DNA of 64,000 nt, from contig CAWIAS010000008.1 of NCBI GenBank assembly GCA_963834235.1, positions 69,192 through 133,191 on the forward strand. The letters are read 5' to 3'. Below the pieces are notes generated by a model, which worked only from the letters and a program-made list of their open reading frames with translations, made no database searches and was not told where the DNA came from. This DNA comes from an uncultured Actinomycetota bacterium (GTDB lineage Bacteria > Actinomycetota > Actinomycetes > Propionibacteriales > Nocardioidaceae). A program made the translations under genes and the position numbers. Below, one piece after another: positions 21,112 through 29,793 of this stretch. Numbering within the stretch: position 1 is the first letter of the stretch; every line of letters starts with the position of its first letter.

Positions 21112-23093
21112 GTGCCTCCGGTGGGTCGCGCCCTCGGGAGAGGGCTGGTGTTCGCCGCGGTGTACGTGGCGGCCGGTTACCTGGGGCGACAGACGATCCT
21201 GGACGGCGCGACCTTCTCCCTGATCTGGCCGGCGGCCGGCGTGGGAGTGCTCTGGTTCCTGGCCCAGGGGGCCGGCCTGCGCAGCGTGGACACCCTGCTG
21301 TTGGCGGCCGCCGCTTTCGGGGCCAACCGGTTCACCGGTGCTCCGTGGGACACCAGCACGGTGCTGATGGTCAGCAACGTGACGCAGACACTGCTGACCG
21401 TTCACCTGCTGAGGCGCTGGTGCCCCGAGCTGTTCGGCGCCGGCGGTGACCGCACGCTGGACTCGCCGTGGCTGACTGCTCGGTACCTGCTGAGTCTCTC
21501 GATCGGGATGGCCACCGGCATGGTGGTGGGTGTCGTCGGGAACGCCGCCGCTGCCGGCGGCGGGCTGAGCCTGACGCAGGAAGTCCTCTGGTTCGACCGC
21601 AACCTGTGCGGCGCCCTGGCCGTGACCACCGTGGGACTGCTGTATTGGCACCGCTTCGCGCAGCCGACGCCACGCCCGCCGCTGATCCGCGGTCGCGACA
21701 CCTGGTTCGAGCTGGGTGCTGTCTCGTTGTTCACGGCCGTGTCGTACGGACTCGCGTTCACCCTGGAGGGGCTACCGATCGCCTTCCTGCTGCTGGTGGC
21801 GACCGTCTGGGTCGGGGTGCGGTTCTCGACGCTGGTGAGCGCACCCCACTCGATCGCCGTCGGCACGCTGACCATCGTGCTGACGCTGACCGGGCACGGT
21901 CCCTTCGCGGATCTCGCCACGCCGCAGACGGGGGCCCTCCTGGCCCAGTTCTTCCTGGCCTTGCTGCTGGTCAGCGGGTTGTTCCTCTCGACCGGCAGGG
22001 ACGAGCGTGAGGTGTTGATCCGGGAGCTGCGGGCGAGCCGGGCCGAGGCGATCTACCAGGCCGACCTTCTCGACGCGACGGTGAACTCGATGGTGGAGGG
22101 GATGGCTGTCGTCGGCGAGAAGGGCGAGCTGTTGCTGCTCAACCCGGCCGCCGTCGCGTCGCTCGGATCCCCCGTGACCGGGGAGGCTCCCACCACCAGC
22201 AGCGACATCGACGTGCGAAACCTGGATGGTTCGGAGCTGACGGTCGAGGAGCAACCGACGTACCGCGCGCTGCACGGGGAGTCGGTCAGCAACATGAGCG
22301 TCCGGGTCGGGGCGCCGGGTCAGGAACGCATCTTGTCGGTGTCGGCGTCACCGCTGCCGCCCGACGATCGACGGCGGCGCCAGGGCGGTGGTCCTGTCCC
22401 GGGACGCGACGAGTGAGCACGCACAACGGGCTGAGCTGGCCGCCTTCGCCGGTGTGGTCGCCCATGACCTGCAGAACCCGCTGGCCGCGATCAGGGGCTG
22501 GATCGAGCTGCTCGAGGACGAGACCGACGCCGGAGACCTCCATCGGGAGCTGGTCCAGGAGTTCGTCGACCGGGTGCGGGCGTCGACAGACCGGATGAAC
22601 GGTCTGGTCGTGCACCTGCTCGGGCACGCGACCAGCCAGCACGGCGAGCTGGTCCCGCAGCAGCTCGAGCTGCGCGAGATGGTGCTGAGGATCGCCGCGG
22701 CTCGCGACGCCAGCACCGTGGTGTTCTGCCGGGAGATCCCTCCGGTCGTGGCAGACGCCGTCCTGGTCGAGCAGCTGCTCGACAACCTGATCGGGAACGC
22801 CTTGAAGTACGTCGCCGACGGTGTGCGACCCGACGTTGTCGTCAGCGGGCAGCGCGGCCCCGACAATCGGGTGACCGTCAGCGTGGCGGACAACGGCATC
22901 GGCCTGCCGCCCGGGGAGCACGAGAGCGTCTTCGACGAGTTCCACCGCGCGCACGCGGGGACGCTACCAGGGCACCGGTCTGGGACTGGCCATCTCCCGC
23001 AGGATCGTGGTCAGGCACGGCGGCTCCATCTCCGCGCGCGACGGTGCGGACGGTGGCACCGTCTTCGAATTCACGCTTCCTGGTGCCGGCTGA
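21112..23093 (+). CDS. Sensor histidine kinase (MASE1-like TM region, PAS-like, HisKA, HATPase), apparent frameshifts
   Basis: IWPAAG (MASE1), H-box AHDLQNPL, N-box NLIGNALKY, DNGIG, GTGLGLAI. Confidence 0.88.
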
Positions 23094-23107
23094 GACACTG
23101 GAGGCGA

Positions 23108-23457
23108 TGACCGAGCAGCCTGCTCCACCGCGTGTCCGCCGCCACCTCATGGACCCCTCGAATCCTCGATCGCGCGGCTCGCAGGAGCCGATGAGTGTCG
23201 GCCAGGTCCAGAAGTGGGTGCTCTCGGCGCTCGCCGTCACCACGATCCTGCACCTGTCGGCCGGTCTGATCCTCGCCGCGATCTTCCTCGACGATGCCCG
23301 CGGTGACGTGGGGAAGGTCGGCCTCAACATCATCGCCGGGCTGATCGGTGTGGGAGCCGTCGCGGCCGCGAGGGGCATTCACCAGAAGTCCGTCCTCACG
23401 CCGTGGCTCGCTCTCGGATTCGTGCCGTGCCTGGTGGGGTTGTACCTCACCTTCTGA
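23108..23457 (+). CDS. Small hypothetical membrane protein (3 TM)
   Basis: GGAGG RBS, three hydrophobic stretches, high-GC3 codon pattern. Confidence 0.7.
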
Positions 23458-23558
23458 CCATGGGGGCGCTGCGCCGCAGTGCGCCCGGACTGGACCACTG
23501 CCGCGAATTTTCGTGGTCCTGCTCTTTTCCGGGGCAGGGTCGGCCTACCGTGGGAACC

Positions 23559-23598
23559 GAACCGCTGGCGACCCGAGACGCCAGCGGTTCTTCTATTT
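23559..23598 (+). terminator. Intrinsic terminator
   Basis: GAACCGCTGGCG-N8-CGCCAGCGGTTC (12-bp perfect stem) followed by TTCTATTT. Confidence 0.8.
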
Positions 23599-23675
23599 CC
23601 CGACCGCGGTCATCTGCGCCACATTTCGGCTGGAGGACTTTTCTCCGAACGCTGCGGCTCACTAGGATTTGGCGC

Positions 23676-24356
23676 ATGACACCGGGTGTAGCGGCCCCTG
23701 TTCGGCTGGCGATCGTGAACGACTACGAGATCGTCGTCTCGGGCCTGGCGGCCATGCTGGAGGACCATCGTGACCGGGTGCACGTCGTCGAGATCAACGC
23801 GCAGACCTCCGTCCTCAGCGACGTGGACGTGGTGCTCGTCGACACCTTCGGTCAGCTGCCACGTGAGGGCGAGGCGCTGACGGAGCTTGTTCGCGAGTGC
23901 GCGGCGCCGGTCGTCCTGTTCTCATGGGGGCTGCCCCGCGAGAGCGTCGCCAGCGCGCTGGCGGCCGGTGCTGCCGGCTACCTGTCGAAGGCGCTCAAGG
24001 CGAAGGAGGTCGTGGACGCCCTCGAGGCCATCCGCGACGGCGAGATCGTCGTGCGCACCCACTCATCGATCGACGGCGACGAAGCCGCAGCCGGCGTGGA
24101 CTGGCCCGGTCAGGACGAGGGGCTGTCGCCCCGCGAGGCCGAGGTCCTGGCGTTCGTCACCCAGGGCCTCTCCAACCATGAGATCGCCGAGACCATCTTC
24201 GTCAGCATCAACTCGGTGAAGACCTACATCCGGACCGGCTATCGCAAGATCGGCGCGACCCGCCGGGTCGAGGCAGTGAGCTGGGGGATGCAGAACGGCT
24301 TCGCGCCCGCGTCCGCCCGCCAGTTCGATCCCGGACCGTCGTCCTACGAGCACTAG
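23676..24356 (+). CDS. NarL/LuxR-family response regulator
   Basis: Receiver domain (IVND, VLVD, GYLSK) and LuxR HTH LSPREAEVL...NSVKTY; -10 TAGGAT 7 nt before the ATG. Confidence 0.88.
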   Translation: MTPGVAAPVRLAIVNDYEIVVSGLAAMLEDHRDRVHVVEINAQTSVLSDVDVVLVDTFGQLPREGEALTELVRECAAPVVLFSWGLPRESVASALAAGAAGYLSKALKAKEVVDALEAIRDGEIVVRTHSSIDGDEAAAGVDWPGQDEGLSPREAEVLAFVTQGLSNHEIAETIFVSINSVKTYIRTGYRKIGATRRVEAVSWGMQNGFAPASARQFDPGPSSYEH

Positions 24357-24407
24357 CGCTGGTCAGCTCGGCGTGAATCCTCGGCAGGCGCGCCCTAGGG
24401 TGGACCG

Positions 24408-24788
24408 ATGACACCGGTCAAGGAGTTCCAGGTCACCTTCGACTGTGCGGAGCCGGACCGCCTCGTCCGGTTCTGGTGCGAGGCGCTGGGGTACGTCGCA
24501 GCTCCGGCGCCGGCGGCTGCGGTCGCCTGCATCGATCCTTCGGGTGTGGGACCGCGACTGTTCTTCCAGCGCGTCCCCGAGCACAAGGTCGTGAAGAACC
24601 GGATGCACCTCGACGTACGGGTCGGCACCGGCCTCGTGGGTGAGGAGCGTCTGGCCGCGCTCGAGGCAGAGTGTGCGCGACTTCTCCCGCTGGGCGCGAC
24701 CCGCGTGCGGCTCCTGGTCGCCGACGAGGAGAACGAGTCGTGCCTGGTGATGCAGGACGTCGAGGGCAACGAGTTCTGCCTGGACTGA
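24408..24788 (+). CDS. VOC/glyoxalase-like family protein
   Basis: QVTFDCAEP, FQRVPE, KNRMHLDV and QDVEGNEFC motifs. Confidence 0.88.
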   Translation: MTPVKEFQVTFDCAEPDRLVRFWCEALGYVAAPAPAAAVACIDPSGVGPRLFFQRVPEHKVVKNRMHLDVRVGTGLVGEERLAALEAECARLLPLGATRVRLLVADEENESCLVMQDVEGNEFCLD

Positions 24789-25222
24789 GTGGCTGCAAGC
24801 CGGACGAGCCGTGCGTGCCGACGTGCAGGTGTGCAGGGACGGATCCCCTTCCACCCACTCGTCGTGGTTTGGGCCTGCTGGCAAGGGGAAGGCTGAACAT
24901 GTGATCCACACCTCACTCGACGTTCGGCGACGCGCACTGGAGGGCCTGTGCCGCGTGGTCCCCGGACGCCCGGCATTCCGCCGCGAGTGGCTGCGCCTGG
25001 CTGGCGCTCGCTCCGATCCCGAACTGTGACCCCGCCCGTTTCGTGGTTCCGACCCTCTCCCGGGTTTGTCGGAGACACCGAACCCGGCTTGCAGGCATGA
25101 CGAGGCGGTGCCGCTCTCCCAGGAGGACGGGGCCGTTCTGCTTGCTGACTTCCGACCTCGTCCCGGCGGACAACTTCCCACCTCGGAGATTGGCTCAGGT
25201 CGACTGCCCGCTGGACGCACGA

Positions 25223-25251
25223 AGGCCGGTCTCCCCTAGGGGAACCGGCCT
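25223..25251 (-). terminator. Stem-loop downstream of the tRNA-Gly/Cys/Val operon
   Basis: AGGCCGGT-CTCCCC-TA-GGGGA-ACCGGCCT inverted repeat 17 bp past the tRNA-Val 3' end. Confidence 0.65.
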
Positions 25252-25268
25252 GTGACCTGCATGTGTGC

Positions 25269-25343
25269 TGGTGGGCGATACTGGGTTTGAACCAGTGACC
25301 TCTTCCGTGTCAGGGAAGCGCGCTACCACTGCGCCAATCGCCC
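25269..25343 (-). tRNA. tRNA-Val(GAC)
   Basis: GGGCGAT acceptor stem, TGGCGCAGTGG D-arm, CT-GAC-AC anticodon loop, GTTCAAA T-loop, encoded CCA. Confidence 0.97.
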
Positions 25344-25371
25344 GTGCTCTTGAGTTGTCTTCGGTGGGACG

Positions 25372-25445
25372 TGGAGGTGGGTACGGGATTTGAACCCGTG
25401 TACACGGATTTGCAGTCCGTTGCCTCGCCTCTCGGCCAACCCACC
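25372..25445 (-). tRNA. tRNA-Cys(GCA)
   Basis: GGTGGGT...ACCCACC stem, CT-GCA-AA anticodon loop, GTTCAAATC, encoded CCA. Confidence 0.97.
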
Positions 25446-25476
25446 GTGGAGGCCAAACCAGGGAGAGACCTCTCCG

Positions 25477-25549
25477 AGCGGACGACGAGGCTCGAACTCG
25501 CGACCTCAACCTTGGCAAGGTTGCGCTCTACCAACTGAGCTACGTCCGC
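25477..25549 (-). tRNA. tRNA-Gly(GCC)
   Basis: GCGGACG stem, TAGCTCAGTTGGTAGAGC, TT-GCC-AA loop, GTTCGAG; CCA not encoded. Confidence 0.97.
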
Positions 25550-25676
25550 TTGCGTTCCCGGCCCGGGGGCCAGGTGCGAAAGGAACAGTAGCCGATGCGG
25601 TCACCGCCGCAAAATCCCCCCCGGCCACGCGTGTTCGCCCCGGATCGAGGCCTGACATGCCTTCTAGAGTGGGCTC

Positions 25677-26498
25677 ATGCGCGCCTGGATCAACGGTCAA
25701 CTCATGCCCGAGCCGGGTGCCCCGGCGGTCGGGGTCACCGACCACGGACTGACGGTCGGCGACGGTGTCTTCGAGGCGATCAAGGTCGTTTCCGGACAGC
25801 CATTCGCCCTGACCCGCCACCTCGAGCGCCTCGGGCGCAGCGCCGCCGGACTGGGGCTACCCGACGTCGACGAGGACGCCGTACGCCGAGGGGTCGCCGC
25901 TGTCCTCGACGGCCAGGACCTGCCGCTGGGCAGGATCCGGATCACCTACACCGGGGGACCTGCCCCCCTGGGCTCCGGGCGGGGGGACGCGCCCCCGACC
26001 CTGATCGTCGTCGCGGACGCGATGGGGGAGTGGCCGGCCAGCACGTCGGTCGCGACCGTCCCGTGGCCACGCAACGAGCGCGGGGCCCTCGCCGGCCTCA
26101 AGACGACGTCGTACGCCGAGAACGTCGTCGCCCTGGCCGAGGCCAAGCGGCGCGGCGCGAGCGAGGCGATCTTCGCGAACCTCGCCGGCCATCTGTGCGA
26201 GGGGACGGGGACCAACGTCTTCTACGTCGTCGACGGGGAGCTGCGCACCCCCACCCTGGCGAGCGGCTGCCTGGCCGGCGTCACCCGCAAGCTCGTCCTC
26301 GAGTGGTACGGCGGCGTCGAGGTCGACGAGCCGATCGAGACCGTCGGGTCGGCCAGCGAGGTGTTCCTGGTGTCGACGACGCGCGACGTGCAGGCGGTCG
26401 AACGCTGGGACGACCGCGAGCTGCCGGCCCCGGGTCCGGTGACCCAGGAGGCACGGGCGGTGTGGCGCCGGCGGGAGCCGGAGCTACTCGGCCTGTGA
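25677..26498 (+). CDS. Class IV aminotransferase / aminodeoxychorismate lyase-like
   Basis: DHGLTVGDGVFE, HLERL, GLKTTSY, EGTGTNVF and LAGVTR motifs. Confidence 0.9.
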   Translation: MRAWINGQLMPEPGAPAVGVTDHGLTVGDGVFEAIKVVSGQPFALTRHLERLGRSAAGLGLPDVDEDAVRRGVAAVLDGQDLPLGRIRITYTGGPAPLGSGRGDAPPTLIVVADAMGEWPASTSVATVPWPRNERGALAGLKTTSYAENVVALAEAKRRGASEAIFANLAGHLCEGTGTNVFYVVDGELRTPTLASGCLAGVTRKLVLEWYGGVEVDEPIETVGSASEVFLVSTTRDVQAVERWDDRELPAPGPVTQEARAVWRRREPELLGL

Positions 26499-26915
26499 AA
26501 GCAGGTCGGCGATCAGCAGGTCGACGTCGAGGTGCAGTCGCTCGGAGCCGAACGGCACGGCCGCCAGGGTGCGGGTCAGGAAGCGGTAGAGCTCGCGGGT
26601 CGAGACCTCGGCCACGAAGTGGTGGTCGTCGGACCACAGGTCCATCACGACGATGCCGCGGCCGTCCTCGTTGGTGCTCGGCCACATCTGCACGTCACCC
26701 TCGCCGACCGGGTCGGTCAGGCCACGTGAGACCAGGTTCCGACACACACCCCAGCGGACCCGCTCGTCGAGCCACGGGATCGACACCCAGACGGCGTACG
26801 GGTCGGCGGGGTCGTAGCTGAAGCTCGCGGGGACGTCGCGGCACGAGCCGTCGGGATCGATGCACCGGAGGAAGAGGTCCTGCGCAAGAACGCGCGCCAT
26901 CGGTTGCTGCGACAT
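26484..26915 (-). CDS. SsgA family (SALP) cell-division/sporulation protein
   Basis: FSYDPADPYAV, VRW, R.L..GL..PVGEGDV and FLTRT...VPFGSE motifs; GAGGAG RBS. Confidence 0.85.
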   Translation of the reverse strand: MSQQPMARVLAQDLFLRCIDPDGSCRDVPASFSYDPADPYAVWVSIPWLDERVRWGVCRNLVSRGLTDPVGEGDVQMWPSTNEDGRGIVVMDLWSDDHHFVAEVSTRELYRFLTRTLAAVPFGSERLHLDVDLLIADLLSQAE

Positions 26916-27067
26916 GCCACTCCTCTTCCCGGGGTTCGAGAGTAAGACGTCAGAGTGAGCGAGGTATGACGCATCTCCAAATCGTTCCCCGAAATCGCTC
27001 ACGATCGAGATCCCCGGAATGCGGCCGCCCCCAGGCCATGCGCTAGGGTTTCGCTCCGCAACCCAGC

Positions 27068-27142
27068 GGGCGATTGGCGCAGTGGTAGCGCGCTTCGTTC
27101 ACACCGAAGAGGTCACTGGTTCGAACCCAGTATCGCCCACCA
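27068..27142 (+). tRNA. tRNA-Val(CAC)
   Basis: Cloverleaf with TT-CAC-AC anticodon loop, GTTCGAAC, encoded CCA. Confidence 0.97.
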
Positions 27143-27345
27143 GAAGTCACAGAGTTCAGAGGGACTTTCCCCGAGGAAAGCACCGGCCACGTAGTCGGAC
27201 GGACCAATCAGGTCCGGGCGACCTCTCGCCACGCGTGGGGGGAGGCATGGCTGGTGCGATTGGTCCGTCGGCGTACGTCGACGCGACTCACGGGGACGTC
27301 TCTCGGTCGCTCGCGGTCTTCGTCGGCAACGCGAACCATCCCGCT

Positions 27346-27382
27346 CCGTAACTGTAGTGTTACGGTAACTCTCCCGTTACCG
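27346..27382. promoter_or_regulatory. Two overlapping GTAAC-N6-GTTAC palindromes, candidate ArsR operator overlapping the -10 (TAGTGT)
   Basis: CCGTAAC-TGTAGT-GTTACGG and CGGTAAC-TCTCCC-GTTACCG immediately before the RBS of the SRPBCC-ArsR-SRPBCC operon. Confidence 0.7.
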
Positions 27383-27393
27383 AGGAGGTCATC

Positions 27394-27810
27394 GTGGAGT
27401 TCCACGCGCACCGGCACATCGACGCACCACCCGACGAGGTGTGGTCCACCCTGCTCGACACTGACGCCTGGCCGTCGTGGGACTCCGGGGTCACCAAGGT
27501 CGAGGGGACCGCGCGTGACGGCGGGAAGGTCAAGGTCTACAGCGAGGTCAGTCCGGGGCGCGCCTTTCCGGTGCGCGTCGCACTCGACAGCGCCGCTCAC
27601 GTGATGACGTGGACCGGCGGAATGCCGCTGGGATTGTTCAAGGGCGTCCGCACCTTCCGGGTGACCGCGGCTGCGGCCGGCTCGGAGTTCGACATGCACG
27701 AGCAGTTCACCGGACCACTTCTGGGCCCGATGAGCAAGCGCATGCCCGACCTTCAACCCTCCTTCGACACGTTCGTGGACGGGCTCAAGTCCAGGTGCGA
27801 GCGAGGGTGA
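27394..27810 (+). CDS. SRPBCC (polyketide cyclase-like) domain protein
   Basis: IDAPPDEVW and WTGGMPLGLFKGVRTF motifs; GAGGAGG RBS. Confidence 0.85.
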   Translation: MEFHAHRHIDAPPDEVWSTLLDTDAWPSWDSGVTKVEGTARDGGKVKVYSEVSPGRAFPVRVALDSAAHVMTWTGGMPLGLFKGVRTFRVTAAAAGSEFDMHEQFTGPLLGPMSKRMPDLQPSFDTFVDGLKSRCERG

Positions 27811-28145
27811 CCGCGAACGCGGCCACGGACCCGTTCGACGCTCTCGGCGACCCGATACGTCGGCGGATCCTCGAGCTGCTCGGCCGCGACCCACAGTCGG
27901 TGGCAGTCCTCGCCGACCAGCTGCCGGTGAGCAGGCCGGCTGTCTCGCGTCACCTGCGGCTGCTCAAGGAAGCCGGATTCGTCGCGGAGGTGGCCGACGG
28001 GACGCGGCGGGTCTATCACGTCCGCGACGAAGGGCTTGAGGTCATCCGGGCGTACCTGGAGCGGGTCTGGGGGGAAGCCGCAGCGCGGTTGCGTCTGGTC
28101 GCGGAGAACACGACGGACACCACCGGCGCGACGGCGCTCCCATGA
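27807..28145 (+). CDS. ArsR/SmtB family transcriptional regulator
   Basis: FDALGDPIRRRILELL, VSRPAVSRHLRLLKEAG and GTRRVY motifs; GTGA overlap. Confidence 0.9.
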   Translation: MTANAATDPFDALGDPIRRRILELLGRDPQSVAVLADQLPVSRPAVSRHLRLLKEAGFVAEVADGTRRVYHVRDEGLEVIRAYLERVWGEAAARLRLVAENTTDTTGATALP

Positions 28146-28603
28146 AAGGATCGCCCGGGATCGAACCGCTGCTCGTCGAGCTGGAGCTCCGGTGCACCGC
28201 CACCCACGCCTTCGCCACGTGGACCGAGAGGTTCGGGCTGTGGTGGCCGCCGGGGCATCACACCTCGGACGACCCCTCAGCCACCGTGCACCTCGAACCG
28301 GGCATCGGCGGCCGCATCTTCGAGCGCACGAGCGATGGTCGTGAGATCGACTGGGGTGAGGTCACCGAGTGGGATCCGCCCACCCGTCTCGGCTACCTCT
28401 GGTTCATCCGGCGCACCCGCGAGGCTGCGACGGACGTGCTGGTGAAGTTCGAGGACGTCGGCGACGGCGGCAGCCGGATCCGGATCGAGCACTCCGGATG
28501 GGACCGGCTCGGCGACCAGGGCGCCTCCTGGCGCGACGCCAACCGTGGCGGCTGGGCCGGACTCCTCCCGCACTTCCAGGCCTGTGCCGACAGGCGTGCC
28601 TGA
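28142..28603 (+). CDS. SRPBCC/AHSA1-like domain protein
   Basis: WWP, LEPGIGGRIFE, WGEVTEWDPP, EHSGW and GW motifs. Confidence 0.85.
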   Translation: MKGSPGIEPLLVELELRCTATHAFATWTERFGLWWPPGHHTSDDPSATVHLEPGIGGRIFERTSDGREIDWGEVTEWDPPTRLGYLWFIRRTREAATDVLVKFEDVGDGGSRIRIEHSGWDRLGDQGASWRDANRGGWAGLLPHFQACADRRA

Positions 28604-28609
28604 GCACCG

Positions 28610-29062
28610 TCAGCCGGCTGCGTCGTCGGTCTCGAGCAACGCCTTGAGCCTCGCGAGGTCCTTGGTGGTCGCCCTCTTCATCGCGAGCTCCATGACCGGC
28701 GCCGCCACCCGGGAGAAGCCCGATGGCTCGCCCACGTTGCGCAGGCTCATCGTCGTGGCCCCCACCCCGGCCGGTTCCCAGGTGTAGGTGGTCTCCATGG
28801 GAAACGGGCCGTCCGCGGTGCGCATCACCAGTCGGCGCTCCGCCTCGAGCTCGACCACCTCGTAGGTGTAGGCCAGACGCTTCCCGAGGAAATGGGCCAC
28901 GAAGTCCATGCGCGAACCGACAGCGACCGGCGGCAGGGTCTGCCACTCCACGGACCTGATGTTGGCGTACCACTCCGTCACGTTGGTGGGGTCGCCCGCG
29001 AACGCCGCGACGACTTCGGGCGGTCGCTGGATCGTGGTCTGCACGGTGACGTCAACGCTCAC
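28610..29062 (-). CDS. SRPBCC (polyketide cyclase/dehydrase-like) protein
   Basis: WYANI, FLGKRLAYTYEV, GPFPMETTYTW and DLARLKALLE motifs; CATAAT -10 just before the GTG. Confidence 0.85.
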   Translation of the reverse strand: MSVDVTVQTTIQRPPEVVAAFAGDPTNVTEWYANIRSVEWQTLPPVAVGSRMDFVAHFLGKRLAYTYEVVELEAERRLVMRTADGPFPMETTYTWEPAGVGATTMSLRNVGEPSGFSRVAAPVMELAMKRATTKDLARLKALLETDDAAG

Positions 29063-29132
29063 GAGGGAGATTATGGCCCCGGCGCTCTCCGTCGTGATGG
29101 CTCGCCCTTGCCGTCGGGGGCAGACTTCACTC

Positions 29133-29688
29133 ATGCCGACCCGACTCTGCGCCGCGATGGTGCTGCTGGCACTGCTGACCGGCTGCGGTGACGACCCGGC
29201 GCCCGCGACGGCACCCTCCCCGTCGACCACGAGCCCGACCGACCGGGTGGCGGACGCCCCCACCCCCACCCCCACCCCCACCCCCACGGAGGAGCCGACC
29301 TCATCGGTGACCGAGACGTCGGCACGGGGGACCAGGATCGTCGTCCGCCGACAGCGAGTTCGGGGCCATGCTCTTCGACCGGACCGGGCAGGCGATCTAC
29401 CTCTTCGACGTCGAGACGACCTCGAAGCCCCGGTGCTACGACGCGTGCGCCGAGGCGTGGCCCCCGGTCCTGACCAGCGGGAAGCCGGTGGCCGGCCCGG
29501 GCGTCTCCCGCTCGCTGCTCGGCACCACCGAGAGGTCCGACGGCACGATGCAGGTCACCTACAACGACCATCCCCTCTACTTCTACGCACACGAAGGCAA
29601 GCGCGAGGTGAGGTGTCACGACGTCTTCCTCAACGGAGGCAACTGGTACGTCGTGCAGCCGGGCGGCGACCCGGCACCACCGGTCTGA
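29133..29688 (+). CDS. Lipoprotein with Yx(F/W/Y)xxD repeats (COG4315-like), frameshift near 29345
   Basis: Lipobox LLTGC, PT-rich linker, IYLFD, CAEAWPP and QVTYNDHPLYFY motifs. Confidence 0.8.
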
Positions 29689-29793
29689 CCTCCAGATCGC
29701 CCACCCCGGGCGCCGCCGATGGAAAAGGCGTGGCTCCCGCTCGATAACATCGAACGGTCAGTGCATCTGCACCCGAGCCAAGGAGAAACCGTC

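Noticed and set aside
25269..27142. Two near-identical tRNA-Val sequences as possible att sites of an integrated element
   Set aside because: Both are complete tRNAs with different anticodons (GAC and CAC) in inverted orientation; no integrase.
29258..29286. (CCCACC)n repeat as a phase-variation or CRISPR-like signal
   Set aside because: Encodes a PTPTPT linker; the unit is a multiple of 3 and there are no spacers.
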